The notes beneath the pieces were generated by a model. The model did not search any database and was not told the DNA's origin. It saw only the letters and a list, made by a program, of their open reading frames with translations. The translations under genes were made by a program, and so were the position numbers. From Octopus sinensis (lineage: Eukaryota), in the NCBI RefSeq assembly GCF_006345805.1, contig NC_042998.1, positions 65,596,001 to 65,660,000 on the forward strand: a DNA stretch of 64,000 bases. Reading direction: 5' to 3'. How positions within the stretch are numbered: the first letter of the stretch is position 1; each line of letters opens with the position of its first letter. Positions 39,401 to 51,589 of this stretch are shown piece by piece.

Positions 39401-39917
39401 ATATATATATATATGTATATATTCCACTCTCAACTGCCGCCCCTCCCAACCTACCTCAAGCGCACATCCTATTTCTTATCCATCGAGCGGTCGATTCCTT
39501 GTTCACCACGCGGTTGATTTTCTGTCGACTATGCAGTAATTTGCCAACAGCAAACCGTTATATCGTGTGACCTTTTCTCGAACACTCGCAGACTAACATC
39601 CAGTAGAAAAATTTTACTATCTTCAATTGAAGAACCGTCATTCGGAACACAATGGACGAAGACGAGCCACACGCTTGAGCGTTAAAGTGCCTAGAGGTGT
39701 GGATCAAAGAAATATGATCTATACACGTAACTCCCAATACATGTGTTGAGTGCCCGTGTTTGGTTTGTCTACTCACCCGTGAATATATATCTATATATAA
39801 GTATATATACATGTATGTATATAAATATATATATACTCTTTTACTCTTTTACACTTTTACTTGTTTCAGCCATCCGGCTGAGGCCATGCTGGCGCACCGC
39901 CCTTGTTGCTACCCTCT

Positions 39918-40190
39918 CTAAGTCCAGTTTGCCGTGGCTGGCCACTGATCTAAGAGAGAGTTTGTAGCTGCTGCCCTTAGGTTACCTTCGTACCTTGCAG
40001 TGGGTTCATCTGGGATCCCGGAAAGCAGCTTGTCTAGATGTTTTTTGAAAATGTCCACATCCGCATCATGTAGACCTCTTAGTTTTCTTGGCAGTTTGTT
40101 GAACAGCTGAGGGCCCCTGAACCCCAGGCTATTACAGTATCTGCTCCTTACCCTGGATGTGGAAGATGGGACCTTTGGCACCACGCAGTG
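39918..40190 (-). mobile_element. CR1/L2-type LINE 3' fragment
   Basis: [49 protein letters not shown], a typical C-terminus of CR1-group ORF2. Confidence 0.75.
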
Positions 40191-40208
40191 TATGTATGTA
40201 TATATGTA

Positions 40209-40291
<83 letters not shown>

Positions 40292-40466
40292 GGTATATAT
40301 AGGTATGCATATATAATATATATATATATGTATATATAGGTATATATATATATATATATATATATATGCATGTATTTATACATATATATATATATATATG
40401 TATATGTGTATGTATTTATTTATATGTATACATATATCATACATATATGTATATATGTATGTATCC

Positions 40467-40514
<48 letters not shown>

Positions 40515-42399
40515 TATATATATAAGTATGTATGCTTGTATAAGCATGAGTGCGTGTACCCACCACGTCCACTTGACAACCAGGGTCAGTTTCTTTACTG
40601 CACCGTAGTTTAGTGTTTCAATTTTTTCGTCTAAAACATTTGAAGATGATGCTGAAACAAGGACTCAGTCAAATGATTTAAATAAGTAAAGGATCAAATG
40701 CTAAGAGCTGTATTATACGTCTTTGAGTGCCTTCCGCATTCACCTTTGAATTATAATAGTACTTATCAAGTTTTCCTTATTTACATTAAATTATATCTTC
40801 TCCGCAAATTCAAATTTATATCGTAATGAGATGTAATATAACAACCTACTATAGATGGTTATCCTGTAAGAGATATCTATTTGTTAATTTCAATTTATCT
40901 CTCTTTGATTATCTTTGGAAGAAAATTAAATACAGCCTTCATTCATTTTGTGTAAGACATTTCACAGAATCAAATCTCTGAAATCTTCTCAGCCGGTGCT
41001 CTGCATGTATTTCTCTCCAACTCTCTATATTTCTGTGTCACTTAATAATATTAATAGACTATTATATAACTTTAATGTCGAATATCAGAAATATATATGT
41101 TTAAAAGCGTAAGAGAATAACGTCTAAGTATCGACATAGACAAGCACATTCTGGTTTAAATAACTAACTCGAGATTAGATACAGGCCCACGGAAAGCAAT
41201 AGTTTTGTCCTATTAAAATGTTAAGCAAGTTAGTTTTGTGTAATATTCAATACAAAAATTTCATTTATTCTCATTCACTTCATGCAATATATTAAGTAAA
41301 TATGTCGCATATATAAGAAAACACAATTTTGAACATGTATGAACAACGAATATTTAGAATTATTTCAATGCTGGTCCTATGAGAAGTTTTGGCTCGAACA
41401 AGTTTAAAGAATAACAGTAATATATCCTAAAAAAACATTGCCCAATAAATAGATAAATAAATAAATCTTTAGATAGAGATCTTAAGAGTTTCTAGAGTTT
41501 ATAGAATATACATATATTTTTTGATATTCATGCATGTGCATATTGATATTTTCTCAACATGCTTTTGGGAATTTTCAATTTTTGTCTAATGTCAAGCAAG
41601 TTCTAGAAAATAATATTCTGAAACTGATTATCCAAAACATCTTTTAGAACGCGTTATTTTCAAAGCTTCTCATATGCAAAATAGGTTTCTATATCCACCA
41701 GGCGACAACATAACTCCCAGTAATAATTATATCTTACAATTCTATCTATATTGATGGAGATGTAAAGAGGAAGCATCATACAATTCGTTCAATATATCTA
41801 GAAATAATTTGCACATTTCCTTGAAAAGTATGTGCGTAAGTCTGAGGAAATAAGAGCATAAGGGACAAAGTCGTTTTGGAATCCATGCGCCTTATAAGCC
41901 TATTTCATCGTCTTGACTGGAAAGATATACTAACCATATGCCATTTGATGAAGTTTGCCAGGAGCTTGGATAAAAGCAACGAGCATGAATTTTTCAATTT
42001 AAATAAATCGCCAAAATAATATTCCTTCTATGAAACATATGCATCTTCATGAATTTCATAGAATAGAATTCCATATGAAAAACAACAAATAAAATTCAGA
42101 GACCATGGAGAATATAAATGATACAAACACATTTAGAAAGCACCATTTTTAATTATCTCATACGTGGGAAAATACTGAATGAATGATATAACGCATAGAG
42201 AGTATGGGAATAATGAAAACCACGCTTGGGCGCAATTTGCATTGACAATTATATTCTTCTTAAGCATGACTTACGATGAAAAAAGTAATTATTTGTAAAG
42301 GAACATGAAATACGGTGAAGAATATAATTCTAAGAATTACATTAACCTGGTGTTATCAAAAGAGGAAGAAAACTGCACGATTTTGTTATATTTGTTCTG

Positions 42400-42598
42400 C
42401 GAATTCCTTAGTGGTATTTCACTTGCCGTTACGTGCTCCGTTCAAATTCCGCCGAGGTCGACATCGCCTTACATCCTTTCGGGGTTGATTAAATAAGTAC
42501 CAGTTACGCACTTAGGTCGATGTAATCCAATTAAACTCATTATCCGTCCTTGTTTGTCCCCTCTATGTATAGACCCTTGTGGGCAATAAAGAAATAAA
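42400..42598 (+). mobile_element. tRNA-derived SINE, 3' part from the B box
   Basis: gttcaaattccgccgaggtcgac..catcctttcggggt.gat.aaataagtaccagtt..cccttgtggg.aataaagaaat. Confidence 0.75.
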
Positions 42599-42705
42599 TT
42601 ATATGAAGATTATAATTTCAGATAGACAGACTAGAAATTAAAGAATATATCTACACACATGCATATATAATGCATGTGCTTTTTGTGTGGCTATTTGTGT
42701 ATGTA

Positions 42706-42869
42706 GGCTTAGGAGTGGCTGTGTGGTAAGTAGCTTACTTACGAGCCACATGTTTCCGGGTTCAGTCCCACTGCGTGGAAACTTGGGCGAATGTGCTCTG
42801 CAATAGCCTCGGGCCGACCAAATACTTGAGAGTGGACTTAGTAGACGGGAACTGAAATAAGCCCGTCGT
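42706..42869 (+). mobile_element. SINE family Y, 5' half, interrupted at its internal (TA)n by the PLE
   Basis: ggcttaggagtggctgtgtggtaagtagc..tccgggttcagtcccactgcgtgg..gcccgtcgt, then (TA)n and the PLE end. Confidence 0.85.
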
Positions 42870-42931
42870 GTATATATATATATATAAGTATATGAAAGAA
42901 TGGTTAACGACTAGTTAACAAATATCCTTTA

Positions 42932-43014
42932 TTCTCGACATATGTTTCGAAGGCTGCATATTCCTAATTCCGAAGGAATAAGGAGTACATTATGCAGATT
43001 TCTCATCAGGAAAA
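42932..43014 (-). ncRNA. Type I hammerhead ribozyme (left arm)
   Basis: Reverse complement of the 44350-44432 motif, with core and stems intact. Confidence 0.82.
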
Positions 43015-43573
43015 TCAAGGAACTTATGTCGACATCAAAATGCACAAAAAACTTTTAGCTGACCGCTCTCAAGGAGCCCAAGGCGATAATGAGTGTCTCT
43101 TTATAAGGAGTGACGTCAGAGTGGCTGAATGTAGAAGAATCTAGAAGATTCTAAAGGTTCAAGGGTTCAAACGAAGTAGGAGGAGGGAGGCATAAGAATA
43201 GTAAGGTGAGAGAGTGCAGGTCAAAAGAATGGTGGGTTTAAATGATTTCTTTTATGAATGAGTGCATGTGTGTGTGACTGTATATAACTGTCTTAATGTG
43301 TGTATGTGTGTGTCTGAATGCGTGATTGTGTTTCTGGATGGGTAGATGTCAGAAGACTGACAGCTGTGAGGTGAGAGGTCTGTGTCTGTGTGTTCGATTA
43401 TGTTTACTGTAGAGAAAGGAAAGTAGATAGCGAAAGGGAGAACGAATCGGGCGAGGTGAGAGGCAACGCAAGAATGGATAGTAGTAATTGGGAATATAAG
43501 ATAATCTTTTTGACTATTGGGGTGAAATATAGCAAAAATGTTTTTGGAAATCGAGGGGGTATCTATATTAGAC

Positions 43574-43915
43574 ACTATTTATATGAGTGAAAGGTGTGTC
43601 TTTTCCAGTGTAAACACCTGTAGGATCTTTCGACGATTGTATTTATTAAAGGGACTATGGCGAACAAAATATGAAAAAGTTCGGAATTATAGATGCCACA
43701 AAAGTTTCTGCCGTTATCAAACGGGAAGGACACCGACAAAATGGACTATTCGAGCTTGAACGTAGTGTTATTGTTCTTCAGACGCTATACTAATTTGCTT
43801 AGCCCCGTGTTGTGTTGCTTTCTCTTATCTCTGAAAGTGGAATAATGGTTGGAGATCCTTTGCGATAATTTAGAAGAGGTTGCGCCAATGTAGAAGTAGA
43901 CATTGGTTCCAGAAG
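43574..43915 (-). pseudogene. GIY-YIG endonuclease C-terminal remnant
   Basis: SGTNVYFYIGAT..RISNHYSTF..GLSKLV*RLK..LE*SIL..CGIY..CLHWK aligns to the end of the 819-aa ORF; two in-frame TAG stops. Confidence 0.8.
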
Positions 43916-44349
43916 AGATTCTTTCTCCCTTTCGCTAGCTACTTTCCTTTCTCTACAGTAAACATAATCGAACACACAGACACAGACCTCTCACCTCACA
44001 GCTGTTAGTTTTCTGACATCTACCCATCCACAAACACAATCACGCATTTAGACACACACATACACACATTAAGACAGTTATATACAGTCACACTCACATG
44101 CACTCATTCATAAAAGAAATCATTTAAACCACCATTCTTCTGACCTGCATTCTCTCACCTTACTATTCTTATGCCTCCCTCCTCCTACTTCGTTTGAACC
44201 CTTGAACCTTTAGAACCTTCTAGATTCTTCTACATTCAGCCACTCTGATGTCACTCCTTATAAAGAGAAACTCATTATCGCCATGGGCTCTTTGAGAGCG
44301 GTCAGCTAAAAGTCTTTTGTGCATTTTGATGTCAACATAATTTCCTTGA

Positions 44350-44432
44350 TTTTCCTGATGAGAAATCTGCATAATGTACTCCTTATTCCTTCGGAATTAG
44401 GAATATGCAGCCTTCGAAACATATGTCGAGAA
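44350..44432 (+). ncRNA. Type I hammerhead ribozyme (right arm)
   Basis: UUUUC-CUGAUGA-GAA-AU-CUGCAUA..UAUGCAG-CC-UUC-GAAAC-AUAU-GUC-GAGAA; predicted cleavage after 44427. Confidence 0.85.
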
Positions 44433-44734
44433 TAAAGGATATTTGTTAACTAGTCGTTCAACTCCATTCTTTCATATACTTATAATTTTAAAATAAACAT
44501 GCAAATTTCCGCAGGGAGACACGTAGTCTATGCCCTAGGGACGTAGCTTCAACCGTGTTCTTTTTGATGTGATTTTGCTACCCAGGTATCGGTTATCTTT
44601 CGAATTATCCTTAATAAGATAATTCATTCAACTACTCAAATATATATATATATATCACTCTTACTCTTTTACTCGTTTCAGTCAATGGACTGTGTGTTTA
44701 TATACATATACATATATATATATTATATATATAT

Positions 44735-44770
<36 letters not shown>

Positions 44771-44777
44771 GGCTTCA

Positions 44778-44827
<50 letters not shown>

Positions 44828-44830
44828 AAC

Positions 44831-44864
<34 letters not shown>

Positions 44865-44865
<1 letters not shown>

Positions 44866-45330
44866 CAAAAGTTCTATAATTATGAGTATAATTATATTTG
44901 GGATTTACCAAAATTTGCTTCACCACATACCGAAATTTAGAAATAGCAGTTAAATCTAATATTTCACTACCATAATAAAATCTCCCAGACAGCAATACTC
45001 AACAACTCACGCAGGTAAAGAGAAAAATAACGAAACCACGAGGCTCTGATTAACTGTATAAACTTTTCGGATTTAGGGATATGTGAAAAATGTAAAATCA
45101 TATTTCTCCTCTATCATTCTCGTCTTCAGTACAATAATTCAATATTCTAAATTTGAGAGCACTGAAAATTATCATACTTATGTGATTAAGTGACATCAGA
45201 CAACGTACATCCAACGGCCAGTACGTACTTCCGAATTCAAACAGAGGAATGAGATTTTGCATTCCTCCTCATTCACCCACGTGTGACAACGAGTAAAATT
45301 CCGCAGAAAAACTGCAGTTTACTATCAGAG
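44865..45330. mobile_element. Partial copy of the foldback element (one TIR plus core, reverse orientation)
   Basis: ttgcttcaccacataccgaaatttagaaatagcag and aaatttgagagcactga / cacccacgtgtg match 38790-39400. Confidence 0.7.
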
Positions 45331-45369
45331 AGAATTATTTTATCAATAACAATAATAATAATAATAATG

Positions 45370-45420
<51 letters not shown>

Positions 45421-45433
45421 TAATAATAATAAT

Positions 45434-46708
45434 ATCCTTAACTGGACACGAAATGAAATGTCCAAAATAGATAGGAAAACAAGAAAAATACTGACAGGAT
45501 CTAGGATGCATCACACAAAATCTGACATAGAAAGACTATATATACAACGTATAGAAGGTGGTAGAGGCCTTATACAGCTGGAAAACTACTATAAAATAAC
45601 CACCATAGGACTGCAAAAATACCTACTTCAGAAGGAAGGAAAACTGATCCAGACAGCAGCAAAACACGAGCAAAACAAAAAAACTGTTCTCAGTATTTAA
45701 GGAAGCTGACAAATACAAACAAGAAATCATACCACCTAATAAACACAAAGAAGAAGAAGAAGATGATGAAGAAACAACAAAAGCTATAAAACAAATGAAA
45801 TCCAAACTAAAAATAGAACAGCAACGAGCCATGATAAACCGATGGCAAGAAAAGCCCCTTCATGGTAAATACTGCACTAAACTAAACGCAAAAGAAATAG
45901 ACAAAGAAAAATCCCAGCAATGGTTGAGAAACTCAGGACTCAAAGCAGAAACAGAGGGATTTTTAATTGCAGCACAAGATCAAAGCCTCCCCACCAGAAA
46001 TTACCAAAAACATGTAATGAAAAGAAATATTACAAGTAACTGCAGAATATGTGGAGATGGACAAGAAACAATAAATCATATTATCTCTAGCTGCCCAGTC
46101 CTGGCTAAGAAGGAATATATTCACAGACATGACAGAGTTGGAACCTACGTACATTGGAAGCTATGCCAACATTATGGAATAACAACAGAAAAAAGATGGT
46201 ATAGGCACACACCAGAAAAGGTCACAGAAAACGAGAAAGCAACCATACTCTGGGATATTCCGATACACACAGATAGAGAAATTAAGGCCAACAGACCAGA
46301 TATAGTTGTCAGAGATCATGAAGAAAAAAAAATGCTTTCTAATTGATGTATCAATACCGGCAGATGACAACGTGTCTCTAAAAGAAATGGAGAAACTCTC
46401 AAAATACAAAGACCTGGAAATAGAGGTAACTAGAATGTGGAACCTGAAAACAGAAACAATTCCTATCATAATAGGTGCATTAGGCATGATAAAAAAATAT
46501 TCTGACAAATACATAACAAAAACACCAGGACTTACAAACACATATAACATACAGAAAATTGCACTACTAGGCACTGCACACATCCTACGCAGAACACTTT
46601 CCATACAATAACCATCAGAGCATCACAACAAATCACAGCACATACCCAAGGCACACAGAGCTGCGCTCGGTAGTGAAGTGAAAGCACGCTATAAAAATAA
46701 AACTACTC
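45434..46708 (+). mobile_element. R4/Dong subfamily 3, 5'-truncated, two +1 frameshifts in A-runs
   Basis: IDRKTRK..MHH..DIERLY..GGRGLIQLE, GLKAETEG, CRIC..HIISSC, RHDRVG, ANRPDIV, IDVSIP..KLSKYKDL; (AAT)n at 45343-45433 and 46709-46728. Confidence 0.92.
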
Positions 46709-46730
46709 AATAATAATAATAATAATAAAT

Positions 46731-47104
46731 GCTGTGATGCAGTACCAGGCAGTGGCTCTCATGGCTTCTGATCTTCACTGATTGAAGTGTTATCATGTAA
46801 ATTGTTTTGTCTTGGTATAAAAGATGGGCTACAGCAAATATTCTGCTCAATACCACAGATTTACTTGTCAGATGTTTTACCTTAACCAGTTGAGCATGTC
46901 CACTCTGTGGCTGACGATATGTGCATCTCTGATCGCGAACAGAAATAGTGGGGGAGCATTATAGCCATGTGTTGAGAGGAATTATTTGAGGTTTGAATAA
47001 TTCACCACTGGAAACATGGATGTTTTGTTCAACATCCTTAAACAACCCTTATTCAGGGACCTTTTGAGCGGGATACGTTACTCGACCAGAAGAAAATTCT
47101 AACT
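46731..47104. mobile_element. Partial copy (374 bp) of the 554-bp element
   Basis: Reverse complement of ~12435-12810. Confidence 0.85.
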
Positions 47105-47112
47105 AAACAACA

Positions 47113-47144
<32 letters not shown>

Positions 47145-47313
47145 ATTTTTTATTTTTTATTTTATTTTTATGTATTAGACATTCACTAGTACAACACCAA
47201 AAAAAAAAAGACCCCAAATTTATGGCACAGAACTTCCAACCTGTTGTCTCTTGAGGTCTCTGGGTGAGACTTGGAGCCAACTTGTACAGACATAAAGCAA
47301 AAGTCAAAGATAG
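47105..47313 (+). mobile_element. R4/Dong subfamily 1 3' UTR fused to the 554-bp element; (AAT)n at 47314-47476
   Basis: tagacattcactagtacaacacc..gtctcttgaggtctctgggtgagacttggagccaac..aaagcaaaagtcaaa. Confidence 0.85.
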
Positions 47314-47323
47314 AATAATAATG

Positions 47324-47378
<55 letters not shown>

Positions 47379-47400
47379 TAGTATATTAATAATAATAATA

Positions 47401-47460
<60 letters not shown>

Positions 47461-50400
47461 TAATAATAATAATAATATATACATGTTCTACTTATACAAA
47501 TATATGTGTTTGTATTTATGTACACATACGTATGCATTTGTGTGTATGTTCGTGTGTGTGTGTATGTGTGTTAGAATAAAATGTATCATACTCTCATTAA
47601 GTAAATAAATCGTTCCTAAAATCTGGTAAGAAAACGTGTGGGTAATTCGCTACGAAACTTTAATGATAACGCATTTTTTTTAATAATATACACTCATACT
47701 ACTCACTATTATATGACAGCCTGTATTTCTTGACTTTTGTTTTCTGTTTCTAAACATTATCTGCGGTAGTGCATATGTGCACGCGCCTGTGTGTTTCTAT
47801 GAGTGTAACATATATTTCCACTCATATGAAGAACAGGATATCAATTATCGGGCGTGTACCACTACAAAAATAATCTCGTTAATTTGTAAGCATGATTCAC
47901 CTATCTATATATATTAATGTATGAATGATTTTCATTTATATTCATGTATTAATATTTTGAAAGTTTTTCCCCTTTTTGAACTCTCTTACTTCTATTTAAT
48001 ATACAAAACTAAGCTCAAACTCCTTGAATTCTTTTGATTTAGCTCTCATCCCATAAGCATTTCGGCCGATATGGTTCTTGTTGCCATCTCTCACACCCCG
48101 TCTCCCTCATTTTACTTTGATTTTGTTACTATGTTTTTGTCTTCCCTGTGTCACTTATTTTAATTGATATCACATTCTATATTTCTCCAGTTTTATAATT
48201 ACCTCAGATAAAAAGTTCTTTTTCCATTTTGTTTGCTTATGTTACGTCATTCTTTGTGTTTTCATTACGTTTAATTTGGTACATCTACTTCCAATTTTCT
48301 GGGATGCTGTTGGCTAAATTAATGACAGCATAAGATCATGAATGGTTCTATCGATAAAACCAATGCCACAGAACATAGTTTTTTCTGTCTACTGATCACC
48401 CGATAAATTATTGCCGTGACAAAAATTATTTTCATTCTACTTCTAAATTTATTTGAACTCGTTTACAGCTGATAGTTTAGGAGGTGTTTAAGTTGATTAA
48501 TGTTCATGAAATGTATCAAATGCATTACACATTCTTAATTGACCTGGTCCATGTGACTAGAATGGTATTTTACAACTTTTCTCTTGGAGTCTCATAGATC
48601 TTCTCTTTAGAATCGTTACTGGATCGCGTTTTTAGTAGAATTTTGAAAATTACCAATGTCGACAGAAACGTTATTATTGTGATAGAGTAGCACGGGAAGG
48701 GAAAAGTTGTGAGAAATTGAAAAACGAATTGAGCTAAGCGAATTGCCGAACGGTAAACGAGAATAACATTTTTCGCTGAGATAACACCTTCGAAAATATA
48801 AATACAGGCAGTTAAAATTTACAACAACCACATCAGCAACGAGCAATCGAGGATCAGCAATTATAACGATAACAGCAACAGCAACAATAATCAAAAGATC
48901 AACAAGAAAATTTGAAGTACAAATATTGGGAGCAATGGACGAGAAAACGTAACCACACAAATGGAAATTTCGTAAACAACGAAGACAATAATAATGACGT
49001 CGCTTTGATATCACCAACAGAAACAACAAACGCTGCAGTAAGCCTTGAGGTATTGGTGAAGATGATATACCGTCTTACCGAAGCAGACCGAATATTGTAA
49101 ATATCTGCGACTAATCCACCACGGCAACCACGATAACTACCAGGAAATCTATCGCATTAAGTGTAACCTTTGTTTACTACCGGTCAAAATATAAATATTT
49201 CCGTTGAAAGGAAATCTGCTGCAACAATAAAAATTGCAATTACGAAAGAAATCACAGGTATACAACTGTAGGAATTAAAGCGAATTTGTATGGTTTTACA
49301 ATCATAATGGAAATGAAACTTGCTGGATAACCATCGGAAGCTATTGAAGAAGAAAAGGAAAAATTGATGCGCAGGAACAGAGAGATTCGTTAAGATAACA
49401 CCTCTGAAAATCGATTTCATTACGCATGCACATGCAGAAAAAAACATTATTGGAAATTGTATTGAAACTAGGAAAACATGCATGGGTTCAGGGGCAAAAA
49501 CTAGTTGTTTGCTACATGCATTTTTCCACAAAGTTTTTTTCTTCTCTTTTATCACAGAGCTGCAAAGCTGGCCCCATCAAATATCATGGCATTTGTTCTC
49601 TGTGAAGGGATTGCTCGTAAGTCCGCAACTGCAGCGTATATCATCAGCATGGGCAGAACTATTTTCTTCTAAACGGATATGAGAACAAAGAACCTGGCCA
49701 TTCGACATCAATGGTATATATTTGAATATAATCAATTGGCTTGTCCGTGGGCGATCGTCACAGCTGCACTATCATTAATGAATGTTCCTCTCAGCCTATT
49801 TCAGCGCGACCTCGCTATTCAGGTCGCGTTGTATTCCTAGATATATTTTTCGTTTATAGATCTGGATCGATCCGTACTCCAAACACTTTAACCTGTCTGA
49901 CCACGCACTATTCTGTTAAATAGAATTTTTCTGCCTCTACTTTTGCTGAATCGAAGGGCTATTGAAGATCTACCAACTGCTTTTTTTGGTTGCGATTTCT
50001 GTCATTGTATCATTGTTATTTTAGATCGATGCCTGTTATCATGATATGTCTAATGACGAACACTCTGACGATCACCTTTTCCGCATTTGACATGACACAT
50101 CTTCCAAATCAGACTTCTAGGTTGGATTGCACCTAAATGTACCTAGTAGTAGTGGCTCAAATATAAGTACATACAAAAACTAACGCATGGGAATAATCTT
50201 TATGAATCTAGCCTATCTTGTTAAATGCTTTCAATAATGACTATTCACACCCTTACCACTGTATATTGCAGCGATCCCAACGTGGAAAACGAGACCGAAA
50301 TAATTTCTTGAAAGGAATGCTACCAAAGATTTGAAGTACATCCTATTGCTTGTTCTTCAAATTTGCCACATCTCTTACTAACACTCTCTACAAATTGTCG

Positions 50401-50823
50401 GAGAAGTCGCCGTCGTGAGATTTCTTGTAGACGTTGTGCATATGCCAATCAGGAAACAGAATAACAATACACATGCCAAACACTTGGCCAGCATTATCGC
50501 AGCATCTTAACTTGCATTTACTCAAGCTATATGAGGAATATTTCAAATGTGATCGTCTTTCTGTAGTACTTTCTGAACAGTGCAATCCATCTTTATTCTT
50601 CCAATCTCTAAGATATAAACTATAAAAGGATGTAACATGGGAAAACATTCTTTCCCAAATTCTTTTCGCATATTAATGTGCATTTTTATTCAAATACGTG
50701 GCTATTTTTGAATGTATGTTCGTATTTATAAGGACATACATATATATATATATTGTACATATATGTTTACATACATACACCCATACACTCATATATATCT
50801 GCGTTTGAGTGTGTGTGTGTGTG

Positions 50824-50856
<33 letters not shown>

Positions 50857-51498
50857 TTTCTCCGTGTAATTTAGAGTAAATTTTAACTGGCCATCAATTG
50901 CTAGCACGTTTGTGAATGAAATTATCTTCGTTTAACTGTCATCGTTTAAGAAGGACATGCAGACTTTATATTATAGATACATGTCGTGATCCTTTGTAGC
51001 GTATTAATTCAGTATTTGCATTCCCCTCCAAGATTTCAAGTTCTGCCTTGCTTTGTTCTAGACAAGCTTGTATATATCCAGTTTCTCCAATACGTACTAA
51101 TGAAGGCTAAATGTTTGTTCACAGGGCCCGAAATCATATGACATAAATACGTCTGTAACTGTTTTGCGATTTTTAATCGCTAATGACAAGTTGGATTTTT
51201 CGGTTTCACTCATTTTTCGCGCATACACCAGTCTGCATAAGTGATTAAAATGGTTTAGAAACTTTTTTACTACTATTGCAATCAATGCTTGTACTCTGAC
51301 TGTACCCTTCTTTTCAATATAATTATCAATTTATATATATATATATATATAAAGAGCAATAAAGATTCAAGTTAATTTAAAAGAATTTACTTGAATATGG
51401 TACCTAACTTAGATGCACCAAAAAAAACTATACTGATTTAACAATACAGTAATGTGGGGTGATTATAAGCGAGAAAGAAGCAACAAGAATGGATAGGT

Positions 51499-51589
51499 TT
51501 TTAGTACGATCGTTTCATACAAGGACAGGTTTTATTAAAAGTTGCAAAGATTACAGCATATAAACGAGTCCCGTACTCATCAGCTAAAA
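51499..51589 (-). ncRNA. Type I hammerhead ribozyme in the 3' pseudo-LTR
   Basis: UUUUAG-CUGAUGA-GUAC-G-GGAC..GUCC-UU-GUAU-GAAAC-GAUC-GUA-CUAAAA: 6-bp stem I, palindromic ACGAUCGU stem III, GUA triplet. Confidence 0.82.

Larger units (their letters stand above)
42883..44640. mobile_element. 5'-truncated PLE with large inverted pseudo-LTR (arms 42883-43442 and 43923-44484)
   Basis: The arms are ~560-bp reverse complements; the spacer holds a GIY-YIG remnant; both outer ends abut (TA)n. Confidence 0.9.

Noticed and set aside
48600-49700. Semi-coding-looking N/Q-rich stretch and an NETCWIT motif reminiscent of class B GPCRs
   Set aside because: Every frame is broken by stops, and no coherent domain or splice pattern could be built.
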